Notes: generated by a model from the letters alone, not told the origin. Counted from the first letter of the stretch, positions 9,193 to 20,574 are shown. The stretch is 64,000 bases of DNA from Pseudomonadota bacterium (GCA_043825875.1 JBDRRF010000035.1:1-64000); one strand, 5' to 3'. Translations and numbers: made by a program.

Positions 9193-10575
9193 ATGAAAAA
9201 AAACAAAATATTATTTCTGCTAAATTCCAATGTTCCGGTAAGCAACATAATTATTAACGGATGGGTCAGAACAAAACGTGATTCTTCCTCCTTTTCTTTT
9301 ATTGAAGTAAACGATGGTTCATGCTTGAAAAATATTCAGATAATTGCTGAAAATAATCTTAGCAATTACAATGATATAAAAAAACTTTCCATAGGTTCGG
9401 CGGTTAGTGTATATGGAGATCTTGTCGAATCAAAAGGAAGCGGACAGAAATGGGAGGTTCTGGCAAACAGATTTGATATAATCGGCATAGCTTTAGATTC
9501 ATATCCTTTGCAGAAAAAACGCCATACGGATGAATATCTGCGAACAATAGCACATCTAAGACCCCGCACAAATAAATATGGGGCTGTATTTCGGATAAGG
9601 TCGGAATTATCTTTTGCCATACATAAATTTTTCCGGGACAAGGGATTTAAATATATTCACACTCCTATTATTACAGGTTCAGACTGTGAAGGTGCCGGCG
9701 AGATGTTTAAAATAACAACCACTGATCAGGAAAAAGTGGTAAAAACAAACGGCCAGATTAACTATTCACAGGATTTTTTCGGAAAACCTGCCAACCTTAC
9801 TGTGTCCGGCCAGTTATCTGCCGAAATGTTTGCCCTTTCTCTTGGTGATGTCTATACATTCGGGCCAACGTTTAGAGCGGAAAACTCAAACACAAGAAGG
9901 CATGCGGCTGAATTCTGGATGGTAGAGCCAGAGATGGTTTTTTGCGATATAAATGACGATATGGATCTTGGTGAACAAACAATTAAGTATTTAACAGATT
10001 ATGCACTTAAAGAATGTAAAGAAGACATGGAGTTGTTTGGAAAATTTATCGATAAGGATCTGATAAATAATCTTGAGAATATATCTTCATCGGATTTTAT
10101 GCGATTGCCATATGAAGAAGCTGTAAAAATATTAATAGCGTCAAAAGAAAAATTCGAATATGAAATCACCTTTGGTAAAGACCTTCAGGCAGAACACGAA
10201 AATTATCTTGCCGGAGTTTATTTTAAAAAACCGGTAATTTTGTATAACTATCCCAAAAATATTAAACCCTTTTATATGAGGGTAAATGACGATGATAAAA
10301 CGGTTGCCGCGATGGATATTCTTGTTCCTGGCATAGGCGAATTAATAGGCGGCAGCCAGCGCGAAGAGCGCCTTGATATGCTCGAATTGCGGATGGAAGA
10401 GTGTGGATTACCTAAAGAGGATTACTGGTGGTATCTTGATTCACGCCGTTTTGGAACAGTTGAACACAGCGGTTTCGGACTTGGCTTTGAACGGCTCCTG
10501 ATGCTTGTAACAGGCATTAAAAACATACGCGATGTAATACCTTTTCCGAGAACACCGGGAAGTATTGAATTCTAA
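9193..10575 (+). CDS. asnS: Asparagine--tRNA ligase
   Basis: GWVRTKR, AHLRPRTN, LTVSGQL, FRAENSNTRRHAAEFWMVEPE, GFGLGFERL; ATG 9193 preferred over TTG 9181. Confidence 0.97.
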   Translation: MKKNKILFLLNSNVPVSNIIINGWVRTKRDSSSFSFIEVNDGSCLKNIQIIAENNLSNYNDIKKLSIGSAVSVYGDLVESKGSGQKWEVLANRFDIIGIALDSYPLQKKRHTDEYLRTIAHLRPRTNKYGAVFRIRSELSFAIHKFFRDKGFKYIHTPIITGSDCEGAGEMFKITTTDQEKVVKTNGQINYSQDFFGKPANLTVSGQLSAEMFALSLGDVYTFGPTFRAENSNTRRHAAEFWMVEPEMVFCDINDDMDLGEQTIKYLTDYALKECKEDMELFGKFIDKDLINNLENISSSDFMRLPYEEAVKILIASKEKFEYEITFGKDLQAEHENYLAGVYFKKPVILYNYPKNIKPFYMRVNDDDKTVAAMDILVPGIGELIGGSQREERLDMLELRMEECGLPKEDYWWYLDSRRFGTVEHSGFGLGFERLLMLVTGIKNIRDVIPFPRTPGSIEF

Positions 10576-10649
10576 GCGAAGCGGCTTTTTGTGGCATTTT
10601 CTTCTTTTAAGACTTTTTGCAAAACCTTATAATTTATACCGGATAAAAA

Positions 10650-12026
10650 TTAACCTCCAGCTTTGGTTTTTAAAAAATCCTTAACAAGCAAAAGCGCTTC
10701 ATCACGACTATTTATATTACCGGAAAGTCTTGATTCTTCAACAACAGATAAAATCTTTTTAAATAAAGGCGAGGGAGAAAGTCCGAATTCTTCAATCAGA
10801 TCATGGCCTGTTATAAGCGAAGCTTCCTTTTGTTTGACCTTATAAACCAGGGTATATTTTTTTATTAAAAAAACTATAAAATTTATAAAATCCCCGTTTC
10901 CGGTATCATCATTTTTTGTTTTGCTTTCCATATCCGCAATTGCATGAAACAGTAAGTCCGGGATATAATCTTTGCACTTAACAAAAAAACGGGTAATACT
11001 TTTATCTGTCAATGGCTTTCTCTTATACGATTCATAGAGATGAAGAACTTTCATATGATTTTTTAATATAAAATCCATATAATTTGCTTCATAATTTGAG
11101 AATTTAAGCCTTTTTGCTATGCAGCCCGAAATATCGGCACTTATTTTTTCATGCCCGAAAAAATGAACATTACCGTTGTCAGTAGTAACAGAAGATGGTT
11201 TGCCTGTATCATGCAAAAGTATACAGCATTTTAACAACGGCGACCTTGTATTATCCATTTCCTGTTTTGCAAAATCGGATATTTCAGGATTAGCATGGCA
11301 ACCGTTAAGAAGTATTTCAAGTTTATTATAAGCTGCTAAGGAATGGTTAAATACATCATGTGTATGGTACTTGTTTTGCCGGCATCCAACCAATGCCGAT
11401 AGCTCAGGAAAGATTTCAAAAAGAAGACCTGTTTCAGACATTTTACTAATATAGGCATATGATTTTATGCTTGCAAAGATTTTAAAAAGCTCAGCCTTTA
11501 CTCTTTCACCCGCTGACTTTACAATAAGCCTTACATCATTTGAAATAGCCTTTTCGGTTAAATGCTCTATTTCAAAATCAAGCATTGCACCTATTCTGTA
11601 AGCTCTTAGAAGCCGAACCGGATCATTTTGAAATACTTCTTTTGAAACCGCCCTGATATTTTTTGCCAGTAGATCTTTAATGCCGTCAAAAGGATCAATA
11701 ATCTTTTTGGAGTAAAGATCATAGCAAATTGCATTGATAGTAAAATCTCTTTTTGAAAGGTCGTCTTCAATGGTTTTACCAATAACTGCCGAAACATCAA
11801 AGATATCCTTTTTTGAAACAACCCGGTATATCATTTGCTTTTGCTTTCCTATTTTTACAACATGCCCGCTTATGTGCGATGCAAGATCGGAGGCATATTT
11901 TTGCGCAAAACCAAGTACTGCTATGTCATAATCGGACGGAGTCCGCCCTATAAGCAGATCCCTTACAGATCCGCCGACAATATAAGCACCTTTTGCTTTG
12001 AGTATTACCGGATTAATTTCAATCAT
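10650..12026 (-). CDS. Class II tRNA nucleotidyltransferase with HD domain (probably CC-adding type)
   Basis: GGSVRDLLIG..DYD, RDFTINA, DPVRLLR, ERVKAEL, LLHDTGK; start moved to ATG 12026, overlapping the prmC stop. Confidence 0.88.
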   Translation of the reverse strand: MIEINPVILKAKGAYIVGGSVRDLLIGRTPSDYDIAVLGFAQKYASDLASHISGHVVKIGKQKQMIYRVVSKKDIFDVSAVIGKTIEDDLSKRDFTINAICYDLYSKKIIDPFDGIKDLLAKNIRAVSKEVFQNDPVRLLRAYRIGAMLDFEIEHLTEKAISNDVRLIVKSAGERVKAELFKIFASIKSYAYISKMSETGLLFEIFPELSALVGCRQNKYHTHDVFNHSLAAYNKLEILLNGCHANPEISDFAKQEMDNTRSPLLKCCILLHDTGKPSSVTTDNGNVHFFGHEKISADISGCIAKRLKFSNYEANYMDFILKNHMKVLHLYESYKRKPLTDKSITRFFVKCKDYIPDLLFHAIADMESKTKNDDTGNGDFINFIVFLIKKYTLVYKVKQKEASLITGHDLIEEFGLSPSPLFKKILSVVEESRLSGNINSRDEALLLVKDFLKTKAGG

Positions 12027-12921
12027 ATGCTTTTGTTGCGCAAACGACTCTGTCAATACTGCTGTAATCTTTCTTGAAATAAGCCTGCTCAAATTTCCCT
12101 GTAGCTTTGATGATTTCATCAACGGCATTTTTCTGATCATAGCCTATTTCAAGTAATAGCTTACCGCCTTTGTTAAGAAATTTATGTGCGTACTTTACTA
12201 TGTGCTTTATACAATAAAGCCCGTCTTCCCCGCCATCAAGCGCAGTTATTGGTTCAAATCTGTTAATTTCAGGCTGCAAGGTTTTGATATCATCTCTTCT
12301 GATATAAGGCGGGTTGGATATAATTATATCCAATAAATTGTTCTTATCTTTTACAGGAAAAAACCAGCTACCGCAAAAAAAATTGATTTTATTATCAAGA
12401 CCCAGATGTTTGGCGTTTTTAAAAGCAATGCCAAGAGCTTTCATTGATATATCTGATGCAAAATAATGATTATCCGGTTGTTGCGCTGCTATCGCAAGTA
12501 TGATAGCTCCTGAGCCCGTGCCCAGTTCCAAAATCTTTTTTGGGCAAAAAGCTTTATCTTTGGAAAGAAAGGAGAGAGCCTCTTCCACAAGGCATTCGGT
12601 TTCAGGCCTTGGAATAAGGACATCTTTTGAAACCATCAGATCAATGTTCCAGAACCCCTTGCTCCCGATAATATATGCAACCGGCTCTTTGTTTATCCTT
12701 CTTTTGATCAAAGTCTTGAAAAGATTGCGCTCGCTTATGTTAAGAGGCTGATCATATCTTAAGTAAAGATCAATTCTTTTTAATTTGAGTGCATGTGCAA
12801 GTAGAATTTCAGCGGCTGCTCTGGGGCTATCTATATCATTTGTTTTAAAATAAGATGTGGTCCATTGAAGAATTTTGATTATAGTCCATTCAGGTTCAGT
12901 TTGAGTTTGCCGATTCTGCAT
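12019..12921 (-). CDS. prmC: Release factor glutamine methyltransferase
   Basis: [37 protein letters not shown]; directly after prfA. Confidence 0.96.
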   Translation of the reverse strand: MQNRQTQTEPEWTIIKILQWTTSYFKTNDIDSPRAAAEILLAHALKLKRIDLYLRYDQPLNISERNLFKTLIKRRINKEPVAYIIGSKGFWNIDLMVSKDVLIPRPETECLVEEALSFLSKDKAFCPKKILELGTGSGAIILAIAAQQPDNHYFASDISMKALGIAFKNAKHLGLDNKINFFCGSWFFPVKDKNNLLDIIISNPPYIRRDDIKTLQPEINRFEPITALDGGEDGLYCIKHIVKYAHKFLNKGGKLLLEIGYDQKNAVDEIIKATGKFEQAYFKKDYSSIDRVVCATKAYD

Positions 12922-13975
12922 GCTGTAATGCCTGGGCCTGATAATGGGATGTCAATTCACTGATTATTTCGTCGATATTACCTTCAAGAACGTATTCAAG
13001 CTTATATAGTGTAAGCCCTATCCTGTGGTCGGTAATTCTGGACTGAGGGAAATTATAAGTTCTGATTCTTTCACTTCTGTCACCGCTTCCTATCTGAGTT
13101 TTTCGTTCTGCGGATCTTTTTTCATTCTGTTCCATTGTGATGCTGTCAAGAAGGCGGGCTCTTAATACTCTCATGGCCTTAGCTTTGTTCTTGAACTGAG
13201 ATTTTTCATCCTGGCAGGTAACAACAAGACCTGTAGGAAGATGCGTAATTCGCACGGCAGAATCGGTTGTATTTACACTTTGCCCGCCGGGCCCGGTTGC
13301 ACGGTAAACATCCACTTTAATTTCGGTAGGATCTATGTCGATTTCCACTTCTTCTGCTTCAGGTAAAACAGCAACAGTTACCGCAGAAGTATGAATTCTT
13401 CCCTGTGCTTCTGTTACAGGGACACGCTGTACCCGATGGGTTCCGCTTTCATATTTCAAGCGACTAAAGGCGCCCTTACCCTGAATTAAAGCAATAATTT
13501 CTTTAAGACCGCCGACACCTGTGGTATGACTGGATAAAACTTCAACTTTCCAGTTTCTGTTTTCCGCATATCTGGTATACATTCTGAAAAGATCGGTTAC
13601 AAAAAGGGCCGCTTCTTCTCCGCCTGTCCCGGCTCTGATTTCAAGAATAACATTTTTTTCATCTTTTTCATCTTTGGGAACAAGAAGCAGTCTTAATTGT
13701 TTTTCAAGATCTTCTTTATCAAGGCCAAGCGCTTCGATCTCATCACGGGCAAGCTCTTTGATTTCAGGATCTTCATTTTTTAAAAGGCTGATGCTTTCTT
13801 CGATCTGCTCATTAATTATTTTATACGAGCGGTAGATAGATACAATTTTAGATAAAGAGGAGTGTTCCCGAATATACTTCTGGTACGCCTCCCTGTCGTT
13901 AATAGTATCAGGATCACTTAAGAGCATTTCAAGTTCCATAAAACGCTCTTCAGCCCCTTTCAGTTTGTCAAGCAT
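12896..13975 (-). CDS. prfA: Peptide chain release factor 1
   Basis: [14 protein letters not shown] tripeptide, [15 protein letters not shown]. Confidence 0.98.
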   Translation of the reverse strand: MLDKLKGAEERFMELEMLLSDPDTINDREAYQKYIREHSSLSKIVSIYRSYKIINEQIEESISLLKNEDPEIKELARDEIEALGLDKEDLEKQLRLLLVPKDEKDEKNVILEIRAGTGGEEAALFVTDLFRMYTRYAENRNWKVEVLSSHTTGVGGLKEIIALIQGKGAFSRLKYESGTHRVQRVPVTEAQGRIHTSAVTVAVLPEAEEVEIDIDPTEIKVDVYRATGPGGQSVNTTDSAVRITHLPTGLVVTCQDEKSQFKNKAKAMRVLRARLLDSITMEQNEKRSAERKTQIGSGDRSERIRTYNFPQSRITDHRIGLTLYKLEYVLEGNIDEIISELTSHYQAQALQHAESANSN

Positions 13976-14007
13976 AAAGCCGCCCTTCTTAACGATATTA
14001 TAAGCTT

Positions 14008-14042
14008 AAAAACGCCTCCTGAATACTTCTTGAGGCGTTTTT
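14008..14042 (-). terminator. Intrinsic terminator-like hairpin after rpmE
   Basis: AAAAACGCCTC...GAGGCGTTTTT inverted repeat with a 13-nt loop. Confidence 0.55.
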
Positions 14043-14073
14043 GAAGATTTTATAAACAAACAGCTATATTTTA

Positions 14074-14298
14074 TTAATTGTTCTGATTGTTCTGATTCTG
14101 ATATTTTTCGTATTTCTTGCGAAAACGCTCAATACGTCCGGCAGTATCTATAAGCTTTTGTTTTCCTGTGAAAAAGGGATGACATTTTGAACAGATTTCA
14201 ATTTTGATGTCTGATTTTGTCGAACCCACCTCAATTGCATTACCGCAGGCGCAACTAATTGTTGTAGTAGCATATTTAGGATGAATATCTTTTTTCAT
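14074..14298 (-). CDS. rpmE: 50S ribosomal protein L31 (zinc-binding type)
   Basis: [32 protein letters not shown]. Confidence 0.98.
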   Translation of the reverse strand: MKKDIHPKYATTTISCACGNAIEVGSTKSDIKIEICSKCHPFFTGKQKLIDTAGRIERFRKKYEKYQNQNNQNN

Positions 14299-14324
14299 TG
14301 TTTTGTGCTCCTTACATTTATATA

Positions 14325-15572
14325 TTATGCATTCATGGAATTAAGAAATTGTTCATTATTCTTTGTTCCGCGCATTTTTTCAAGTAAAAATTCAAGGCTG
14401 TCTGTAGGATTTAATGAAGAAAGAAATTTTCTTAAAATCCATACCCTGTTTAAAGTCTCATCGGACAAAAGAAGTTCTTCTTTTCTTGTGCCGGATTTTT
14501 TTATGTCTATAGCCGGGAAAACGCGTTTATCGGCAAGCTTTCTGTCCAGTTGTATTTCCATATTACCGGTTCCTTTGAATTCCTCAAAAATAACTTCGTC
14601 CATACGGCTTCCGGTATCAACAAGCGCAGTTGCAATAATTGTCAGGCTTCCTCCCTCTTCTATGTTTCTCGCAGCGCCAAAAAAGCGTTTAGGCCTTTGT
14701 AGAGCATTTGAATCAACACCACCGGATAAAATCTTTCCGCTGGGAGGCATAACGGAATTATAAGCCCGGGCAAGTCTTGTGACGCTGTCTAAAAGGATAA
14801 TAACATCTCTTTTATGCTCAACCAGCCTTTTCGCTTTTTCAATAACCATTTCAGCAACTTGAACGTGTCTTTCAGCAGGTTCGTCAAAAGTGGAACTTAT
14901 GACTTCCGCCTTAACATTGCGTTCCATATCGGTAACTTCTTCCGGCCGTTCATCGATAAGAAGAACAAATGGAACAACATCTTTATGGCTTGCTATAATA
15001 CTATTTGCAATATTTTGTAACAACATAGTTTTTCCAGCTCTGGGAGGTGAAACAATCAGACCTCTTTGGCCAAAACCTATCGGGATCATTAAATCCATTA
15101 TCCGCATCGAATAGTTTTCAGAATCATTTTCTATGTTTATTTTCCTGTTTGGATAAAGAGGAGTCAGATTATCAAAAAGTATTTTATCTCTTGATATTTC
15201 AGGATCTTCATGGTTTACAGCTTCTACTTTCAGCAAGGCGAAATAACGCTCGGACTCTTTAGGCTGCCTGATCTGGCCGGAAACAATATCGCCGGTTCTT
15301 AAATTAAAGCGCCTTATCTGTGACGGAGAAACATAAATATCATCAGGACCGGGCAAATAGTTGTAGCTTGGAGCCCTTAAAAATCCAAATCCGTCAGGAA
15401 GAATCTCAAGAGTACCTTCCCCATAGATTAAACCATTTTTTTCTATCTGACTCTGGATTAAAGCAAAAATCAGCTCCTGCTTACGCATGCCTGCTGCCCC
15501 GTCAATATTCAGAGTCTTGGCAAGCTGAGTCAGTTCTTTAATCTTTTTGTTTTTCAGTTCAATTATATTCAT
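14325..15572 (-). CDS. rho: Transcription termination factor Rho
   Basis: [47 protein letters not shown]. Confidence 0.99.
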   Translation of the reverse strand: MNIIELKNKKIKELTQLAKTLNIDGAAGMRKQELIFALIQSQIEKNGLIYGEGTLEILPDGFGFLRAPSYNYLPGPDDIYVSPSQIRRFNLRTGDIVSGQIRQPKESERYFALLKVEAVNHEDPEISRDKILFDNLTPLYPNRKINIENDSENYSMRIMDLMIPIGFGQRGLIVSPPRAGKTMLLQNIANSIIASHKDVVPFVLLIDERPEEVTDMERNVKAEVISSTFDEPAERHVQVAEMVIEKAKRLVEHKRDVIILLDSVTRLARAYNSVMPPSGKILSGGVDSNALQRPKRFFGAARNIEEGGSLTIIATALVDTGSRMDEVIFEEFKGTGNMEIQLDRKLADKRVFPAIDIKKSGTRKEELLLSDETLNRVWILRKFLSSLNPTDSLEFLLEKMRGTKNNEQFLNSMNA

Positions 15573-15916
15573 TAATATTATAACCTCATTAACTTCAGAA
15601 CATTTTTTCTAAAATTATTATACGGAATATTTAATTGCTGTTAATATTGGGCTAGAAGTTTGCACAAATATGTGGGCTTCTATCGGCAAGATGCTAAAGA
15701 TCAACTTATTATATAATATATCGTTTTTTTTGTTCAAAACTTAAGGATTATATGCCTGCCGCATGAAACAAAAAAGTATAAATTACCATCCGCAAATCAT
15801 GGATTAAATCTGGATTAATTTCTATAGAGGTATATTTGCCATCTATCGGTTTTTTATCAGAAGATTAAATTAAGTATCCACTCCAAGGCGGGTTTGATAT
15901 CTTTAAGATAATTTAA

Positions 15917-15943
15917 ATTATACTATGGCTTTACAACTGTCAA
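15917..15943 (-). promoter_or_regulatory. Candidate sigma-70 promoter for rho (would give a ~340-nt leader)
   Basis: Minus strand TTGACA-15nt-TATAAT; the spacing is short, so tentative. Confidence 0.35.
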
Positions 15944-16301
15944 GAAGTTTATTCCTTTGGTATTTGTTAATATTTCTTTTAAATAAAAAAATTACTCATT
16001 ATTAACATCCACCTGATTTTTTAGCGTATTATATATCATCCGGATTTTTTTGACAAGAAATAATTTTAAAATATTAATAATTTCTTGAGCCTATATGATA
16101 TGCTGGTCACAACTTATTAATATATTATGATTATTATAGAAATATTTCTAACGCAAGAGTGCTCGCAAAGATGAAATATTGTGAACCTGTTAAAGAATGT
16201 TATATATACTTAGAGATAGAAAAAGTATTATAGTAGCAAATTGCATGATCAGGTTTACACCCGTAAGATTATGTGCTAATTTCAATAAAATTTTTGTTAA
16301 A

Positions 16302-16445
16302 AGAGCCACTTTCAAAACGTTTCAGTTTGGTCAAACTCAAGGCGGGAGAAAATTTCAACCACAGGAATACATTTAGTATTTCGAGGATTGAAATTTGAGC
16401 CCAACGCCGAGATCGGCCAAAATGGGGCGTTTTGAAACTGGCTCT
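16302..16445 (+). mobile_element. 144-bp MITE-like palindromic element, copy 1
   Basis: Terminal inverted repeats AGAGCCACTTTCAAAACG / CGTTTTGAAACTGGCTCT (1 mismatch); highly similar copy at 29892-30035. Confidence 0.8.
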
Positions 16446-16522
16446 AAAGAATAAAGTCATTGTACCTTTAGGTAGGTCTTTTGTTCCAAGAGTGGAACAA
16501 TAATTTTTATGGAGAAAAACGT

Positions 16523-16882
16523 ATGTTAGACATAGGTATGCCTGAATTTCTCTTGATAGCCGCAATAGCGCTCATTGTTGTTGGCCCTGATAAACTTCCT
16601 GATATAGCCAAAACAGTTGGACGCATGTTTGGCGAACTTAAAAAGACAACAAATGAATTTAAACAAACAATAGAGTCTGAAATTAATTTAAACGATATAA
16701 AAAATATCGATAAAAATGCCATTATAGATAAAGCATTAAATATAAACAACCAGGAGGAAATTGATGCCACTCCCAATTTTGAAGATAATAAAAACGAGCA
16801 CGGAGATAAAACCGAAAATGAGGATAAAAACAGCTTAGAAAAAGAACCTGAACAAGGAACAACAAAAGATGAAAGAGGATGA
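16523..16882 (+). CDS. tatB: Twin-arginine translocase subunit TatB
   Basis: MLDIGMPEFLLIAAIALIVVGPDKLP; GGAG RBS before ATG 16523; upstream of tatC. Confidence 0.9.
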   Translation: MLDIGMPEFLLIAAIALIVVGPDKLPDIAKTVGRMFGELKKTTNEFKQTIESEINLNDIKNIDKNAIIDKALNINNQEEIDATPNFEDNKNEHGDKTENEDKNSLEKEPEQGTTKDERG

Positions 16883-17651
16883 TAAAATTTCTTTTACAGA
16901 CCACCTGACCGAACTCAGAAAACGCCTGATAATCTGCTTTATCGCTATTGGGGTCGGTTTTGCGTTAACATACGGTGTTAAGGAAAAAATATTTGAAATT
17001 CTAACACTTCCTCTTATCCATGAGATGAAAGCCGGAGATAAAATGATTTTTACCGGGCTTTCAGAAGCCTTTTTTATCTATATGAAGTTATCTTTATATG
17101 CCGGTATTGCGATAGCTTCTCCCGTGGTATTTTACCAGATCTGGGTTTTTGTAGCTCCTGGGCTTTATCACGATGAAAAACGTCATGTATTTCCAATAGT
17201 ATTATTTTCTGTATTTTTTTTTGCCGGAGGAATTCTTTTCTGTTATTTTATTGTTTTTCCTGTAGCTATAAAATTTTTTCTGGGTTTCGCCTCAGATACT
17301 ATACAGGCGCTTCCGTCCATGAACGAGTATTTACAATTTGCCACCAAGATGCTTCTTGGGTTTGGACTTGTTTTTCAACTTCCGCTTGTCATAATATTTC
17401 TTGCAAAGCTTGGTATTGTTACTGTTGAATTTTTAAGAAAAAACAGAAAGTATGCAATACTGCTGATATTTATTGTTGCAGCTCTTTTAACTCCAACCCC
17501 CGATGTATTTAATCAGCTTCTTATGGCTGTTCCTCTTATGTTTCTCTATGAAGTTAGTATTTTGGGTGCGGTATTTTTTGAAAAAAAGAAGGAGAAAGAA
17601 GAAAGTGAAAATAATGAAAGTGAAAGCACAGATAAAACATCAGCGGAATAA
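16869..17651 (+). CDS. tatC: Twin-arginine translocase subunit TatC
   Basis: DHLTELRKRL, YQIWVFVAPGLY, FQLPLV, AALLTPTPD; multi-TM. Confidence 0.97.
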   Translation: MKEDDKISFTDHLTELRKRLIICFIAIGVGFALTYGVKEKIFEILTLPLIHEMKAGDKMIFTGLSEAFFIYMKLSLYAGIAIASPVVFYQIWVFVAPGLYHDEKRHVFPIVLFSVFFFAGGILFCYFIVFPVAIKFFLGFASDTIQALPSMNEYLQFATKMLLGFGLVFQLPLVIIFLAKLGIVTVEFLRKNRKYAILLIFIVAALLTPTPDVFNQLLMAVPLMFLYEVSILGAVFFEKKKEKEESENNESESTDKTSAE

Positions 17652-17695
17652 TATCAAAAAATAGCTGGCAAAAAATTATTTGAATTATTGTATTA

Positions 17696-18121
17696 TCAGC
17701 AATCAATAGCGTTTTTTAAGATGGAATGTATTTCTTCCGGTATGGCAATTGCTCTGATATTTTCAGACTTGCTTACATCCATGCAAATTCTTTTTTCTAC
17801 TCCGGTAACCATAAGCTCATCATTTGATGCGTCAAAAATTAGGTGCTTTAATTTAACGGTTTTCTCATTAACTTCTTCAAGTTGTGTAATAATTCTTACA
17901 GTCTGATGATATCTGCCGGGCTTTGAATAAATGCAGGAAGTTTCGGTAAGCCCAAAGCCTAATTGCCTTTGTTTTGAAAGTATACTCAGATCCAAACCTA
18001 TAGATTCAAAAAATAGATGGCTGCTGGCATCCATCCATTCGTAATAGCGCGGATAAAAAACAATTCCCAAGGGATCAAGGTCACCCCACATGATTTTGCG
18101 TTCAACAATATTTGTTTTCAT
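17696..18121 (-). CDS. Acyl-CoA thioesterase (4HBT/YbgC hot-dog family)
   Basis: WGDLDPLGIVFYPRYYEWMD. Confidence 0.88.
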   Translation of the reverse strand: MKTNIVERKIMWGDLDPLGIVFYPRYYEWMDASSHLFFESIGLDLSILSKQRQLGFGLTETSCIYSKPGRYHQTVRIITQLEEVNEKTVKLKHLIFDASNDELMVTGVEKRICMDVSKSENIRAIAIPEEIHSILKNAIDC

Positions 18122-18311
18122 AAAGATTATATTTTCTTATGCTAGTAACAATTACGGTTTTTTGCCATATGCAAAATCGTAAATTTATGCATCATACCAA
18201 ATATTAAATAATTTGTTGCAAAATTTCTGTCAACATTTTAGTTATTGTTAATAGTAAGTTAAATATATAAAAATAATATATTTTCATGCACTCATATAAA
18301 AAGTTTATATT

Positions 18312-19097
18312 ATGAAAAAACATGTACCCCTTATTTTAATTTTGAGTTTTGGTTTTTTATTTGTCGGGCATCTTTATAGCGGCGACATTTCCCAGCGCGA
18401 TATACTTACTCAATATTCCACTATCAATGCATTGCTTGGAGGTGTTTATGATGGGGAAATGACTATTAAGGATCTGAAACGGCATGGAGACTTCGGTTTG
18501 GGTACTTTTAACGCGTTGGATGGAGAAATGTTTGTAGTTGACGGACATTACTACCAGATAACTTCGGATGGCAAGGCAAGAGAAGCTGATGAAAAAACAC
18601 GCACACCATTTGCCGCGGTTACTTTTTTTGAGTCGGACAAGAAAGCCGATCTTCATTCAGATATGGATTTTGATTCTTTTACCAGGAAAATAGATGAAAC
18701 AATTATTACTCCGAACATTTTTTATGCTATAAAAATTAAAGGCAAATTCAAAGCCATTAAGACAAGAAGTGTTCCTAAGCAAGTCAAGCCTTACAAGCCT
18801 TTAAAAGAAATTGTCGACACCCAGCCGATATTTTATTTTAGTAAAACAAGAGGCACTATAGTAGGCTTTCGTTGCCCTTCATATGTTAAAAATATAAACG
18901 TTCCCGGCTATCACCTGCATTTTATAACTGAAGATTGCAAAGCAGGAGGGCATGTCCTTGATTTTGTCGTTGATAAAGCTGTCCTTGAAATTGATGAAAC
19001 GTCAGGATTTTCATTGCTTCTCCCGCAAAACAAGGCGTTTTACAACTCTGACTTGTCTTTGGACAAACAGTCTGACTTAGAGAAGGTAGAAAAATAG
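18312..19097 (+). CDS. budA: Alpha-acetolactate decarboxylase with N-terminal signal-like segment
   Basis: QYSTINALLGGVYDG, HGDFGLGTFNALDGEM, TRSVP, GYHLHF, GGHVLD. Confidence 0.92.
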   Translation: MKKHVPLILILSFGFLFVGHLYSGDISQRDILTQYSTINALLGGVYDGEMTIKDLKRHGDFGLGTFNALDGEMFVVDGHYYQITSDGKAREADEKTRTPFAAVTFFESDKKADLHSDMDFDSFTRKIDETIITPNIFYAIKIKGKFKAIKTRSVPKQVKPYKPLKEIVDTQPIFYFSKTRGTIVGFRCPSYVKNINVPGYHLHFITEDCKAGGHVLDFVVDKAVLEIDETSGFSLLLPQNKAFYNSDLSLDKQSDLEKVEK

Positions 19098-19168
19098 CTC
19101 TTTGCTGGAAAGAACCTTATGTTTCTGTATTAAGGTTATTGTTATATAAATGAGCAGGAAATATTTTT

Positions 19169-20557
19169 ATGATACGAAAGGCAACAGAAAAGATAAATAA
19201 GAAATCATTAAACTGCGATTCACAAAACATTGGGCTTGCTCTTTTTACCGATCTTTACGAACTTACTATGATGCAAGCCTATTTTGAAGAGAACATGACC
19301 AAAGATGCGGTCTTCAGCCTTTTTGTTCGTAGGTTGCCTGAAAAACGAAATTTTTTGATTTCCTGTGGGCTTGATACAGTTCTTGATTTTTTAGAAAATA
19401 TTCGCTTTTATGATGATGATATCAAGTATCTGGCTTCGCTTGGTAAGTTTTCTAACAGTTTTCTTTCCATGCTGCATGATTTTCGCTTTACCGGCGATGT
19501 TTATGCCATGCAGGAGGGCACGCCTGTATTTGCCAATGAACCTATGATAGAGATTGTTGCACCTATATCGCAGGCACAGATCGTAGAAACCTTTATCATG
19601 AATCAGATTCATCTACAGACTTTGCTTGCATCAAAAGCCTATCGCGTTGTTAACGCAGCAAAAGGACGCACAGTGGTTGACTTTGGAACCCGCCGGATAC
19701 ACGGTATCGATGCCGCCCTTAAAGCAGCCCGCGCTTTCTATATCAGCGGAGTAGCGGCAACCTCCAATGTTCTTGCAGGAAAGAAATACGGGATACCAGT
19801 TGCAGGAACTATGGCACACAGTTATATTCAGGCGCATGAAGATGAAGCCGGTGCTTTTCAGGCTTTTGTTAAACACTACCCGGACACGGTACTACTTGTA
19901 GATACTTACGATACCATTGCAGGTACGCAAAAGGTAATAGATCTTGCAAAAATGCTTGGCAAAAATTTTAAAGTCAGAGCCCTGCGGCTTGATTCAGGTA
20001 ATCTGCACAAACTTTCTTGCGATGTCAGGCAAATGCTCAACAATGCAGCTTTAAATAATGTAGAGATCTTTGCAAGCGGTGGTTTAGATGAATATTCAAT
20101 AGCAAAACTTGTATCGTCAAAAGCACCGATTGACGGCTTTGGTGTGGGCACTAGTATGGGCGTTTCAAGTGATGTGCCTGATCTTGATATTGTTTATAAA
20201 CTCTGTCTTTATGCCGGTAAAGGACGGCTTAAGTTATCAACCGGCAAGCCGGTTCTTCCCGGTCGAAAACAGGTTTTCCGTATTTCGGAAGGCAAAGAAG
20301 ATATACGCGATGTGATAACCCGCGCCGATGAAAATTTCGAAGGCAGACCACTTCTCATACCGGTAATGAAAAAAGGCAGGCGCCTGCCTGAAACTACTTT
20401 TGATCTTAATTGCATACGAAACTATACAAAAAAACAGGTCGCCCGTTTACCTGCAAAGATAAGAGCAATAGCTAAGGTTGATTTTCCCTACCCTGTTGAT
20501 GTCAGTAAAAAGCTTTCCGATTATCAAAAGAAGGTTGAGCAAGATATTGCCAACTGA
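19169..20557 (+). CDS. pncB: Nicotinate phosphoribosyltransferase
   Basis: LFTDLYELTM, DFGTRR, GTMAHS, LVDTYD, RLDSG, DIVYKL. Confidence 0.95.
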   Translation: MIRKATEKINKKSLNCDSQNIGLALFTDLYELTMMQAYFEENMTKDAVFSLFVRRLPEKRNFLISCGLDTVLDFLENIRFYDDDIKYLASLGKFSNSFLSMLHDFRFTGDVYAMQEGTPVFANEPMIEIVAPISQAQIVETFIMNQIHLQTLLASKAYRVVNAAKGRTVVDFGTRRIHGIDAALKAARAFYISGVAATSNVLAGKKYGIPVAGTMAHSYIQAHEDEAGAFQAFVKHYPDTVLLVDTYDTIAGTQKVIDLAKMLGKNFKVRALRLDSGNLHKLSCDVRQMLNNAALNNVEIFASGGLDEYSIAKLVSSKAPIDGFGVGTSMGVSSDVPDLDIVYKLCLYAGKGRLKLSTGKPVLPGRKQVFRISEGKEDIRDVITRADENFEGRPLLIPVMKKGRRLPETTFDLNCIRNYTKKQVARLPAKIRAIAKVDFPYPVDVSKKLSDYQKKVEQDIAN

Positions 20558-20574
20558 CAGGGTAGTAAATATAA

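Noticed and set aside
12027..12140. N-terminal extensions in the ORF track (nucleotidyltransferase from 12140, tatB from 16481, antiporter from 60662)
   Set aside because: They overlap neighbouring genes or remnants, or precede a better start; downstream ATGs fit family N-termini better
15653..15682. G-U-rich hairpin in the rho upstream region as a possible sRNA or riboswitch
   Set aside because: It folds well only on the strand opposite rho, and no recognisable riboswitch consensus or terminator supports it
16269..16565. ORFs 16269-16565 and 20447-20818 sharing the peptide SFKTPHFGRS.RWAQI
   Set aside because: The shared peptide is just translation of the 144-bp repeat; both ORFs overlap real genes on the opposite strand
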